Of a DNA stretch of 64,000 bases, positions 24,801-37,230 are shown one piece after another. Location of the stretch: assembly GCA_947575745.1 (NCBI GenBank), contig CANPOS010000001.1, positions 1,105-65,104 on the forward strand, read 5' to 3'. Source of the DNA: an uncultured Clostridium sp. (GTDB lineage: Bacteria; Bacillota; Clostridia; TANB77; CAG-508). Every line of letters starts with the position of its first letter. The first letter of the stretch is position 1. Position numbers and translations under genes: made by a program. The notes under the pieces are model-generated. The model did not search any database and had not been told where the DNA came from. It was given only the letters and a program-made list of their open reading frames with translations.

Positions 24801-27800
24801 TAATATTAAAAAACAATTAAAGGAAAAATACAAAAAGACAAAAATATAGAAATAAAATTAATCAAAAGGTAAAGATAAAAAAACAAATAAAATTAAAAAA
24901 TAAAAATTAAAATTAAAAAATAAAAAAATTAAAATTTATAAAATTAAAAAATAAAAAATTAAAATAAGAATTATTTTAGTAAAAAATTTTTATAAAAATA
25001 AAATAGAAAATATTACACTTTTTGACAATTGAAAAATAAGATTAAATAATATAAAATTTAATAATTAAAAATTAGAAAAATAAAGACAAAAAATTTTGAA
25101 CTAAATTTAAAATTTAAAAACAAAAATTTTAAAATAAAAAATTTTTGAAATTTAAAAATTAAAAAATAAAATTTATTTTAATAAAAAATTTGTAAAAATA
25201 AAATTTAATAATATAAATTAAAAAATAAAATTTTTAAAATTTATAAAATTAAAAAAATAAAATTGAATAATATAAATTTAATAATCTAAAACAAAAATTT
25301 TAAATTAAATTTTAGAAGATTAAAAAAATAATTTCTATAAATTTTAAATAATTAAAACTAAAAATATTTATATAAAAAATTATAAATTTTAAAAAATATT
25401 TTATATATAAATATATCAATAAAAAATAATTTTAATAAAATTTAATTTAAATATAATTTGTAAAAAAACAAAATAATATAAAAATAAAAAAATCGGATTA
25501 AATATAATAATAAAAAAATAATTAAATAATCGTATTTTTTATAGGAAATTTGAAACAAAAAAATATTAAATAAAAAAGAATAATTAAATTAATAAAAAAA
25601 TATTAATTTAAGAAATTATTTATAAATTAATTATAAATTAATTATAAACAAACTAGAAAAAATATAGAAATAAACGCTAAAAAATAAATGATAATAAATA
25701 TTAAAAAAATGAAACTTAAAATAAATTAATTAATAATAAAAAACAGAAAAAAAAAGAAAAGCCCTAACAAAAATAAATGCTATGTGGATAATTATTATTA
25801 AAAAAGATTATATTTATTTTCAAAAAAAGTAGGATTTTTTTAATAATTAATGAAATTAAATATTAAAAATAATTAAACAAATAAAATAAATAAAGAATAT
25901 TTATATAAAAAATTAAAAGGACAAAATTATATAGATAAGAAATAATAATCAAAATTTTATGAATAATACAAAAAAATAAAAATAAAAAATATTGATATAA
26001 AAACAAATTAAAAAAATAAAATTATAAAAACAACTAAAAGTTTATAAATAATATAAAATAAATAGGAAATATTTATAAGAAAAAATAAAATTATAAAGTC
26101 TAAAAATAAAATGTAATAAAATTTTGTAAATAAAAAATCTAAAATTCAATATAAAATATTTATGAAAAATAAATTATATAAAATTAAGATAAGAATTATA
26201 AAAATTTTAAATTATAGAAATTTTATTTTTTATAAAAAATAGAATGATAAAATTTTTAAGTATAAATAGTTTATTAATAAAATTTATTATAAAAAAATGA
26301 AGTTATAATTTAAAACTGAAAATTTTATAAAAAGAAAAATAAAGATTAAAAATAGAATTATTACAAAAAGACAAGCATAGAATATTAGAATTAAAAATAG
26401 AAAGTGAATAAAAAAATTAAAATCCAAATATAAAATAAAAATAGGAAAAATTATAAAGTCAAAATATAAAATAATATTTTAATAAATAAAAAAATAAATC
26501 TTATATAAAAAGAAAATAATAAAAATAACTCACTAAAAAATATACTTTTTGACAAGCGAATATATTGATAAAAATTTAAATATAAAAAAGTAAAATAGAG
26601 AATTTATACTTTTATTTTTTATTTGAATTTAAAGAGAGAAAATAAAAAATTTAAGTGACAGAAATTTTTTAATAAAATTAAATATAACAAAAGATTAATT
26701 ATTAAAAAATTAAAAATTAAATTTATAAGATTAATGAATAAGATAAAAAAATAAAATAATTTTTTAAAAAAATAATATAAAAAATCAAGTTAAATAAATT
26801 AATAATATATAAAAAGGAAATAATTAATTGTAAAATAAGTATATAACAAAATTATGATTAAAACCTATTTAAAGAGTAAGTAAAAATATAATTATAAATA
26901 TAGAAAAATGCAATAAAAGAATTTAATTAAGTGATAAATAATAAAAAAAATTAAATAATTAAAAATAAATAGTAAAAGTATAATAAAATAAAAAAAGTTA
27001 TATAAAAAGTAAACTAAAAATATTATAAAATTAGACATAAAAACAAAATAAATGTTCTGAAAAATGAGATGAATAAAAAAAAGACACTAGAAATTCAAAA
27101 AAAACGGGAAAAATATCAAAAAATCATAGTGGTCCCTAGTATTTTTTAGTACAGTGTGGATAACTTTTTAAAGAAAAATTGGATCTAAAGATAGATAAAA
27201 AGATATAAAAAAATTTAAAAATTAAGGAAATTTAACATATAAAACTGAAAAAAAGTAAAAACAAAATAAGCACATTATGTCTACAAATGAAAATTATAAA
27301 AAATACCAATAAAAAATCGAAATAAATAATAAAAAAATGTAAAAAATTTAATAAAATGAATAATTATATTATTAAAAATAAACATATAAAATTAAAAATA
27401 TAAAAAAGATTACTATTAAAAATAAATGAATAAAATTTGCAAAGAAAAGAAATGCCAAATAAAGTAAAAATAATATTAATAAATTTAATATTATAATTTT
27501 AAAATTTAAATTTATAAAAAATAATCTTAAATTATAAAAAATGAAAACAAATAAATTTATAAAATTAAAATTAAAAAACAAAATTTATAAAATTAAATAA
27601 ACTATCAGATGAAATAAAAAATAATTTCAAAAAGTTTAATTATAAAAAATAAAATTTCAAAAATAAAAATTTTTTTGACAGTACAAAAAAATAAATTATA
27701 AAATAAAAAATAATGCAAATGTTTTAGAGAACACAAAAAGACAAAAAATAAAGCGATTGATTTAAAAAATCAAAATTGAAAAGAAAGTTAAAAATTTTTT

Positions 27801-30800
27801 CTATTTTATAAAATAGAAAAAATAATTTTAAAATTTTAACAAAAATTTTTTTAAGAAGATAATTAAAAAATTATAGTAAAAAATTTTAAACTAGCATTAA
27901 TTTTTAATAATACAATTTGACAAATATTTATCAAGTGTTTTTATAAAGAATTACTTAAAAAAATAATAAGATAAATTTTTTTAAATCTTTTATAAATTTT
28001 TTTAAAATTATAAAAGTAAAAATAAAATATAACAAAAATTTTGTAAATAAAAATAAATCCAAAATTCAATATAAAATATTTATGAAAAAATAAATTATAT
28101 AAAATTAAGATAAGAATTATAAAAATGAAAATAAAATTTTCAAGTAGAAATAGTTTATTAATAAAATTTATTTTAAAAAATGAAGTTATAATTTAAAAGT
28201 GAAAATTTTAAAAAAGAAAGAATAACGATCAAAAATAAATTTATTACAAAAAGACAAGTACAGAATATTAAAATAAAAATAAAATATTAAAAATAAAAAG
28301 TGAATAAAAAAATTAAAATCCAAATATAAAATAAAAATTACAAAAAATTATAAAATCTAAATATAAAAATAATATTTTGATAAATAAAAAATAAATCTTA
28401 GATAAAAAACAAATAATAAAAACTACCTACTAAAAATATACTTTTTGGCAAGCAGATATATTAATAAAAATTTAAATATAAAAAAGTAAAATGAGAAATT
28501 TATTCTTTAATTTTTTTATATTGAATTTAAAGAGAGAAAATAAAAAATTCCAGGGAAAGAAATTTTTTTAATAAAATTAAAAACGAAAATATAAAAAATA
28601 GATTAATTATTTAAAAAATAAAAATTAAATTTATAAGATTAATTAATAAAATAATTTTTTTAAAAAGTAATATAAAAAAATAAGTCAAATAAAATAATAA
28701 CATATAAAATAGAAATAATTAATTGCAAAATAAGTATATAAAAAAATTATGATTTAAACTAATAAAAAACATCTAAAAATATAATTACAAATATAGAAAA
28801 ATGAAATTAAAAAATTTAATTAAGGGATAAATAATAAAAAAATTAAAATAATTAAAAATAAAGAGTAAAAGTATAATAAAATAAAAAAAGTTATGGAAAA
28901 AGTAAACTAAAAATATTATAAATTTAGGAATAAAAACAAAACAAATTTCCTATACAATGAGATGAATTAAAAAAAGGACACTAGAAATTCAAAAAAAATG
29001 TGAAAAATATCAAAAAAGTATAGTTGTCCCTAGTATCTTTTAGTACAGTGTGGATAACTTTTTAAAGGTAAATTGGTTCTAAAAGTAGATAAAAAGATAT
29101 AAAAAATTTTAAAATTAAGGAAATTTAACACATAAAAGTGAAAAAAAGTAAAAACGAAATAAGTACATTATGTTTACAATTAAAAAATATAAAAAATACC
29201 AATAAAAAATCAAAATAAATAATAAAAAAATATAAAGAAATTAATAAAATAGATAATTATATTATTAAAAATAAATATATAAAATTAAAAATATAAAGAA
29301 GATTGTTATTAAAAATAAATAAATAAAATTTACAAAAAAAGGAAATGCCAAATAAAGTAAAAAAGATTATAAATTATAAAATTTAAATTTATAAAAAATA
29401 ATCTTGAATTATAAAAAAATAAAAACAAATAATTTTATAAAATTAAAAATATTTAAAATTAAAAAAACAAAATTTATAAAATTAAATAGGTTATCAGATG
29501 AAATAAAAAATAATTTTCCAAAATTTTAATTTTTAAAAATAAAAATTTCAAATAGAAAAAATTTTTTTGTAGTGTAAAAAAATAAATTATAAAATAAAAA
29601 ATTAAAAAATAAAATTAATATTTTAATAAATACAAAAAGACAAAAAGAAAAGAAGTTAATTTTAAAATTAAAATAGAAAAAGAATGTTAAAAAATTTTTT
29701 CATTTTATAAAATAGAAAAAATAATTTTAAATTTTAATAAAATTTTTTTAGATAAGATAATTAAAAAATTTATAGTAAAAAATTAAGTATCAAAAAATGA
29801 AAAATTAGAATCAATTTATGACAATACAATTTGACAAATATTTAATGAAGTGTTTTTATAAAAAATTACTTTTTTAAAAATAACAAAAAATAATAAGATA
29901 TATTTTCTTCAAATCTTTTATAAATTTTTTTTAAAAATTATAAAAGTAAAAATAATTTATATAAGTTTAATTTAATAAAAGTAATCATATATTTATTTTA
30001 TAAAAAATATTTCTGACAAATATAAATAAAAAAATTGATTTATAAAAATATAATAATTATAAAATAGTACAGTAATTAAAAAAAGATATAATAAAAAAAT
30101 TAAAGAATAAATATAACTAATATAAAATAAATAAAAGTAAAAATATAATAAATAAAAACAATTAAAAAATATAGAATAAATATACAGCTAGAGCAGGTAG
30201 AGCAGTATATATGATTGACTAAAATTTATTATAAAATCAAATAAAAAATAATTATAATTTTAAAATAAATATTAAAATAAAAATATTATAAAATAATTGA
30301 ATATAATAAAGCAAAATATTAAAAGAAAAAATAGGAAAATAAAATTAAAATAATTAATTTAATTTTATTTATTTTATAAAAGTATTTTATAGAATTATTT
30401 TATAATAAAAAGGTAAATAATTATTTTTTTGAAAAATTATTATTTAATGATAAAAGTTAATTTTAAAACTTATAATTATAATATATAAAATATTAAAATA
30501 AAATATGAATAAATAAAATAAGAAAATAAATTTTAAAAGTTATCTTTTTTAATAAAAAGATTTTAAACATAATTTTTTAGAAATAAATCACATAACCAAA
30601 AAGACAACAGAAAGTATTAAGAAGATTACAATAAATTTATATAAATAATAATTATAAAAATATAAATTTATAAAAAAATTTTTAAAGATTAAAATATAAA
30701 TCTAAAAAAAGAAAAAATATTTTTAATAGTAAATTTATTTTAAAATTAGCATAAAACAAAAAGACAAAAAGGAAGGCTTTAAAAAATTAATTTCAAAATA

Positions 30801-32500
30801 AAAATCAAAAAAAATTAAATAAAAAAATTGTTATTGAAAAATTAAAAAGTAAATATAATTTTATAAAATTTTTTCAAAACTAAAAAATTAAAAAAAGAAA
30901 AATTAAAAAGAAAAATTTTTTTTGTTTAAAAAATTTTAAATATTATGTTACAAAATTATAAAATTCAAATATACAATTTGACAAGTGAAAAAATTAAAAA
31001 AAGAAAAATTAAAAGTCAAAAAAATTTTTTTAAGAAATAGATAAATACAAAAAAATAAAAAGAAAAATTTTAGAATATAAATTTTAAATTTAGAAATTAG
31101 TTTTAAGAAAAACAAAATTTAATTTTAAAGATAAAAAATAATTTTATATAATAAAAAATTTTAAGTTAAAAAATAGAAAAATTTTTTTAAAAAAGTTATA
31201 TCAAAAATGTAAAAAGTTAAAGCTGAAATTTTAAAGGAAAATTTATAAAAGAAAAGTAAAAAAGGATAAATAAAAAAGAATAGTATAAAATATTTAATAG
31301 AAAAAGTAAAAAATAAGTTCAAATTGATTGGAAAAAAATGTAAGTGAAAAAGTCTAAGAAAACTGAAAAGAATTAAATATAATAAAAAATGATTAAAAAA
31401 GGGAAAAATAGAAAAATATATAAAAAATCAAGAAAAAAATAAAGAAAAAAGCCAAAATGTAAACTTAAAAAATTATGGAAAAACTAAAAAATACAAAACT
31501 AAAGTTCCAAGAAAAAATGTTTATGTCTAAAAAATATAATTTTTCGTTAAACTTAAATAAATATATAGAAAAACCAGAGTAGTCCCTAATAAAATGAAAA
31601 GACATGTGGATAACTTTTTGCTAAAAAATGGAAGGAAAAAACAGCTAAAAATAGTAAAATTAAATAATAAAGTACTAAAAAAACGCAAAAAAATAGAGAA
31701 GTTAAAACAAACAATATAAGCAAATTATGTATACATATAAATTTAGGAGTAAAATTGCTTAAAAAATACGAAAAAATGGTGAAAATTATAAAAAAATTCA
31801 TAAAAAAATATTAAAATTAAATAAAAGTTAAACGAAAATTTTGAAAGGAAAATACAAAAATTATAAAAAATTTTTGTAGGATACGAAGTAAAGTTTTTTT
31901 ATATTTTGGAACTTAAGATTTTATAAAATTGAATAAGAAAATTATAAAAATGAAAATTTAATAAAAACATATATAAAAAAACAAATTAAAACGAACTAAA
32001 ATAATTACCAGATATTTACAGTTAATATTAATAACATTTAAAAGAGATTTTAGAACTTGAAAAAATAATTTTATAAGTAAAAAAATTTGAATGATAAAAT
32101 TGAGAAAATGAAAAAGTAAAAATTATTTTAAGAAAATAAAATTTGTAATTGAAAAAGTAAAACTAAATTTTTTTAAAACAAAATTAATAATTTTAAATTC
32201 AAATTCACGAGCAAACAAAAAGACAAAAAACTAATAAAAATTTCAATTTAAGAATTTAATTAAAGAGAGAAATTTAGAAGAATAAAAAAATTACAAATAA
32301 AAGTAAAATGAAAATTATATTTAAAAAATAAAAAATATAATTTCAAAATAACTTTTTGTATTTAACAAAATCAACAGAGAGTGTTTTAAAAGTTTTTGAA
32401 TAAAAAACAAGAAAAATATAAAAATAAAAATATACAATTTGACAATGAAAATAAATTATATTAATTAAAAATTAGTTGTTGCAATTTACAGCAAGATAGA
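21900..32500. other. Large non-coding, extremely AT-rich and A-skewed tract with spaced sequence modules
   Basis: No credible ORF over >10 kb; five perfect DnaA boxes and ~20 ACWWWWWGACAA-type motifs. Confidence 0.85.
26090..29955 (+). repeat. Diverged tandem duplication, unit ~1.9 kb
   Basis: AAAATTCAATATAAAATATTTATGAAAAA at 26141 and 28061; AGTACAGTGTGGATAACTTTTTAAAG around 27148 and 29042; collinear throughout. Confidence 0.9.
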
Positions 32501-32513
32501 CTAAAATCACGCA

Positions 32514-32625
32514 CACATGTGCAAAATTGCTTCGCAATTATTGCACGGTCTAAGGTAAATTAACCTTGTTGTATACAGAAAAATCTATATAGGGTCAGAA
32601 TAAAAGTTGATTTCCTATACAATAA
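32514..32625 (+). repeat. Dispersed intergenic hairpin repeat, copy 1
   Basis: CACATGTGCAAAATTGCTTCGCAATTATTGCAC...AAGGTAAATTAAC, nearly identical to the copy at 59039. Confidence 0.8.
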
Positions 32626-32677
32626 AAAAATAATAACAGTTTTTAAAACCATTATTATTTTTTTATAAAATTTATTA

Positions 32678-35600
32678 TTATTTAAGAATTAAATCTTTAT
32701 CTTTATTAGATATTTCTAGTTCTTCATTTTCTTTATTAGAAGCTACTTGTTTTTTCAAATTGTCTTTTGCAACCGTAATAAGTAATTTCAATCTATTTGT
32801 TTGGTTAGCTTCACTTGCACCTGGATCATAATCAACTGGAGAAATATTGGCATCAGGGAATTTTGAACGTATAGTTTTTATTACTCCTTTTCCTACAACA
32901 TGATTTGGTAAGCATGCAAATGGTTGAACGCATACAATGTTAGGAATTCCATTTTCTATGTATTCTATCATTTCGGCAGTTAAGAACCAACCTTCACCAG
33001 TTTGATTTCCAATAGATAATATATCTTTTACTTTTTCCTCTAAGTGCCATATGTCACAAGGTAGAAGATAGTTTTTTGAAGAATTACTTAAAGCAATTTT
33101 TAAGTCTTTTTCAAAAATATCTATTAATTTTAATGCCATTTTGAATATTTTTGCTTTTGTTTTATCAGTATTAAGTAAAGCATTAAATGTTATTTTATGT
33201 GTAGCCATAAACTTTATAAATCCCATAAAATCAGGCATTATAACTTCAGCACCTTCATTTTCTAAAACATCAATTACAAAGTTGTTTCCAAAAGGGTGAT
33301 ATTTAATTAATATTTCTCCAACTACTCCAACCTTAGGTTTTTGAATAGAAGTATCAAGTTCTATTTTTTCGAAGTCATTTACCATATCATAAATACTTTG
33401 TTTAAATTGTTTTGAATTTGAATTTTGCACTAGGGATTTAGACTTTTCAAGCCATTTCTCATACAATTTTTGAGTTTCACCTTTGTTTACTTCATATACT
33501 CTATTTTTTAATAATAATTTTTGAAATAAATCCCCATAAACTACCGATTTTAATAGCTTTTCCATTAATGGTATTGTTATTTTGAAACCAGGATTTTTTT
33601 CCATACCTACTATATTAAATGATATAACTGGAACTTGTGGAAATCCAGCATCTTTTAGAGCTTTTCTTATAAATCCAATATAGTTTGTAGCTCTACAACC
33701 ACCGCCAGTTTGTGACATTATAAGAGCGGTTTTATTTACATCATATTTTCCAGACTGTAAAGCTTCTATCATTTGTCCAGTAGTTAAAATTGAAGGATAA
33801 CATGCATCATTATTAACATATTTTAATCCAGTTTCAACAGTTTTTTGCGTACATTTATCCAAAAGAACGACATTATATCCAGAAGATTTTACAGCAGCTT
33901 CAATAAGTTCAAAATGTATAGGTGCCATTTGAGGTATTAAGATAGTGTAATCTTTCCTCATTTCTTTAGTGAAAGGAATTTTGTGTATTTCATAATTCCC
34001 TAATGTTTCACATGACACACAATTTTCTTTTTTCTTTTCTTCTAAACGTTTATTGATACTTGCAAGTAAAGAACGTATACGTATACGCACAGCTCCCAAG
34101 TTATTAACTTCATCTATTTTTATTAAAGTATACATTTTATTATAGCTTGATAAAATTTCTTCAACTTGATCAGTTGTTACAGCGTCAACACCACAACCAA
34201 AAGAATTTAATTGTACAAGCTCCAAATTATCGTGCTTTCCAACAAATTCAGCAGCAGCATATAATCTACTATGAAATACCCATTGATCAACAACTCTAAG
34301 AGGCCTTTTAACTTGAACATCTTTTGCAATAGAATCTTCAGTTAAAACGCAAAGTCCAAGTCCAGTAATTAAAGTATCTATACCATGATTAATTTCAGAA
34401 TCTACATGATATGGACGTCCTGCAAGTACTATACCTTTTAAGTTATTTTCTTCCATGTACTTTAAACTTTCAGTTGCTTTGTCTTGAATATCTTTTTTAC
34501 ATTTTTGATATTCATTTTCGGCTGCAATTGCAGCTTCCGTAAGCTCTTTTTTATTAAAGTTATACTCTGAGAATTCGTCTAATTCTAATACTTTCTTAAC
34601 TAAGTTCTTAGTATCAAATGGTAAAAATGGATTTATAAACTTAATATCCTTTATTTCTTCAACATTATTTTTTATAACTTCTGAATAAGAAATAACGATA
34701 GGACAATTATATTTGTTATCAGCACCTTCATTTTCTTTTCTTGAATAAGGTATACAAGGATAAAATATAGTTTTAATACCAGAAGATATTAAACTCATAA
34801 TATGTCCATGCGAAAGTTTAGCTGGATAACAAACTGATTCAGAAGGCATAGATTCCATACCTTTTTCATATGTCTTTCTAGTACTTTTTTCAGAAAGGAT
34901 AACTCTAAATCCTAATTTTGTAAAAAATGTGAACCAGAAAGGATAGTCCTCGTACATATTTAAAACTCTAGGAATTCCAATAACTCCGCGTGGAGCTTTA
35001 TCAAGAGATAAGGGGTCATATCCAAATATTCTTTCAGCTTTATATTTTACTAAATTAGGTAATTCAGAATTTCCAGTAACAATACCAGCACCACGTTCAC
35101 ATCTATTTCCAGAAATATGAGTTTTACCATTATTAAATTTGTTTATAGTTAATTGACAATGATTTTCACAACCATTACATCTTGTGTGTGTTATTTTTAT
35201 ATCTAATTTATCTAAATCTTCTAATGTAGCTAATGTAGATATGTATTCCATATCAAGATTTGCTTCATATTGTTCTTTACTTAAAAGAGCAACACCATAT
35301 GCACCCATAAGCCCAGCTATATCAGGTCTTACTACATTTTTTCTAACAATAAGTTCAAAGCTACGTAAAACAGCATCATTATAGAAAGTTCCACCTTGAA
35401 CAACAATGTTATTTCCTAAGGTTTCTGGATCTCTTATTTTCATAACCTTTTGAATAGCGTTTTTTATTACGGAAATAGATAATCCAGCTGAAATATCTCC
35501 TACGGAATAACCTTCTTTTTGAGATTGTTTAATTTTTGAATTCATAAATACTGTACATCTAGAACCTAAATCAACTGGCCTACGTGATATTAATGCTTCT

Positions 35601-37012
35601 TGTACGAAATCTTCTATTGAAAGATTTAAACTTTTTGCAAAAGTTTCAATAAAAGAACCACAGCCAGAGGAACATGCCTCGTTAAGCATAATATTATCAA
35701 TAGCGCCATTTTTTAATCTTATGTATTTCATGTCTTGTCCACCAATATCAACAATACTGGTTACATCAGGCATAAATTCAGAAGCAGCCCTATAATGTGC
35801 AATAGTTTCTATTTCATTTAAGTCTACATTTAAAGCAGTTTGGACTAATTTTTCTCCATAACCTGTAACACCTGCATAACGTATCTTTGCTGTTTTTGGT
35901 AATACAGTGTACACTTCTTTTAGCATGTCTATGACACTTCTTAAAGGATCACCTTCATTACTTCTATATATAGAATAAAGAAGAGCACCTTCATTATCTA
36001 TTATTGCAAGTTTTGTGGTTGTAGAACCAGCGTCAATTCCTATAAAGCAATCTCCAGAAAAATCTTTTAAATCTTTTCTTTTTACTTTTGCTTTTGAATG
36101 TCTTTCTTTAAAATCCTCATATTCAGCATCAATTGAAAAAAGAGGAGAAAGAGGTTTTGTAGTTGTGTCTTGAGAATTTCTTAATACTTCTATTTTACTT
36201 TTCAATTTTTGTACGGAAATTGGGTTTCTATTTAATGAATCCAAAGCAGAACCTTTTGCAACTAATAAATGAGCTTCATTAGGTACTATGGTTTCGTCAG
36301 GTGTTAAATTTAAAGTTTCTATAAACCTTTTTCTTAGTTCAGATAAATAATTTAAAGGCCCACCCAAAAAAGCAATATTTCCTCTTATAGGTCTTCCACA
36401 AGCAAGCCCACTAATTGTTTGATTTACAACTGCTTGGAAAATAGATACTGCAATATCTTCTTTGGCAGCACCTTCATTTATAAGTGGTTGAACATCAGTC
36501 TTTGCAAAAACACCACAACGAGAAGCAATTGGATATATAGTTTTATAATTTTTTGCAAGTTCGTTTAAACCTGCTGTATCCGTATGTAAAAGACTTGCCA
36601 TTTGATCTAAAAAGGCTCCTGTTCCACCAGCACAAGTTCCATTCATACGTTGTTCAACAAATTTATCAAAATATATTATTTTTGCATCTTCTCCTCCAAG
36701 CTCAATTACTACATCAGTTTGAGGGATGTATTTTTCAACAGCACGTTTGCAAGAAACTACTTCTTGAATAAAAGGAAGATCCAAGAATTTTGCTGCAGAC
36801 ATTGCACCAGAACCTGTTAATGCGATAGTAAATTCATTATTAGGGTATTTATCAGCAAGTTCGTCTAGTACTTTACATACAGTATTTTTTGTATCAGAAA
36901 AATGCCTTTCATAGGATGTATATATAGTTTCTAAATTATCATTCATAACAACAATTTTTACAGTGGTTGAACCAACGTCTAAACCAACGTGTAATAATTT
37001 TTCATTATCCAT
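32678..37012 (-). CDS. 2-hydroxyacyl-CoA dehydratase activase-related protein (two BadF/BcrAD ATPase domains plus DUF2229-like region)
   Basis: GLDVGSTT and GIDAGSTT, ELGGED / DIGGQD, CAGGTG, CSSGCGSF, GGCRATNY. Confidence 0.9.
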   Translation of the reverse strand: MDNEKLLHVGLDVGSTTVKIVVMNDNLETIYTSYERHFSDTKNTVCKVLDELADKYPNNEFTIALTGSGAMSAAKFLDLPFIQEVVSCKRAVEKYIPQTDVVIELGGEDAKIIYFDKFVEQRMNGTCAGGTGAFLDQMASLLHTDTAGLNELAKNYKTIYPIASRCGVFAKTDVQPLINEGAAKEDIAVSIFQAVVNQTISGLACGRPIRGNIAFLGGPLNYLSELRKRFIETLNLTPDETIVPNEAHLLVAKGSALDSLNRNPISVQKLKSKIEVLRNSQDTTTKPLSPLFSIDAEYEDFKERHSKAKVKRKDLKDFSGDCFIGIDAGSTTTKLAIIDNEGALLYSIYRSNEGDPLRSVIDMLKEVYTVLPKTAKIRYAGVTGYGEKLVQTALNVDLNEIETIAHYRAASEFMPDVTSIVDIGGQDMKYIRLKNGAIDNIMLNEACSSGCGSFIETFAKSLNLSIEDFVQEALISRRPVDLGSRCTVFMNSKIKQSQKEGYSVGDISAGLSISVIKNAIQKVMKIRDPETLGNNIVVQGGTFYNDAVLRSFELIVRKNVVRPDIAGLMGAYGVALLSKEQYEANLDMEYISTLATLEDLDKLDIKITHTRCNGCENHCQLTINKFNNGKTHISGNRCERGAGIVTGNSELPNLVKYKAERIFGYDPLSLDKAPRGVIGIPRVLNMYEDYPFWFTFFTKLGFRVILSEKSTRKTYEKGMESMPSESVCYPAKLSHGHIMSLISSGIKTIFYPCIPYSRKENEGADNKYNCPIVISYSEVIKNNVEEIKDIKFINPFLPFDTKNLVKKVLELDEFSEYNFNKKELTEAAIAAENEYQKCKKDIQDKATESLKYMEENNLKGIVLAGRPYHVDSEINHGIDTLITGLGLCVLTEDSIAKDVQVKRPLRVVDQWVFHSRLYAAAEFVGKHDNLELVQLNSFGCGVDAVTTDQVEEILSSYNKMYTLIKIDEVNNLGAVRIRIRSLLASINKRLEEKKKENCVSCETLGNYEIHKIPFTKEMRKDYTILIPQMAPIHFELIEAAVKSSGYNVVLLDKCTQKTVETGLKYVNNDACYPSILTTGQMIEALQSGKYDVNKTALIMSQTGGGCRATNYIGFIRKALKDAGFPQVPVISFNIVGMEKNPGFKITIPLMEKLLKSVVYGDLFQKLLLKNRVYEVNKGETQKLYEKWLEKSKSLVQNSNSKQFKQSIYDMVNDFEKIELDTSIQKPKVGVVGEILIKYHPFGNNFVIDVLENEGAEVIMPDFMGFIKFMATHKITFNALLNTDKTKAKIFKMALKLIDIFEKDLKIALSNSSKNYLLPCDIWHLEEKVKDILSIGNQTGEGWFLTAEMIEYIENGIPNIVCVQPFACLPNHVVGKGVIKTIRSKFPDANISPVDYDPGASEANQTNRLKLLITVAKDNLKKQVASNKENEELEISNKDKDLILK
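34004..34019. promoter_or_regulatory. Putative parS site inside the activase gene
   Basis: TGTTTCACATGACACA, two mismatches to the parS consensus. Confidence 0.55.
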
Positions 37013-37230
37013 ATAAATATCTCCTTAAACATTATATTTATGTAATTATTATTGTATACGTAAATTTTAAATTTGTCAATGTAAAAAAAGTCCAGTTACT
37101 CCTTAATAAGATACGGAAAGAAGCATTAGGGAAAATATTGTAAAGAAATAAAGTGATAAAAATATTCATAATTTGTCCTAAAGCTAAATATACTTAAATA
37201 TAAATTTTTAAGGGAGGAATGATTTAAAAA

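Noticed and set aside
22212..31801. Phe/Leu/Ile-rich minus-strand ORFs in the AT tract
   Set aside because: By-products of poly-T composition; no RBS or plausible protein
21900..32500. CRISPR array or second replication origin in the AT tract
   Set aside because: No 25-45 bp repeats with regular spacers and no cas genes; boxes are isolated and lack adjacent DnaA-trios, unlike the oriC at 10.9 kb
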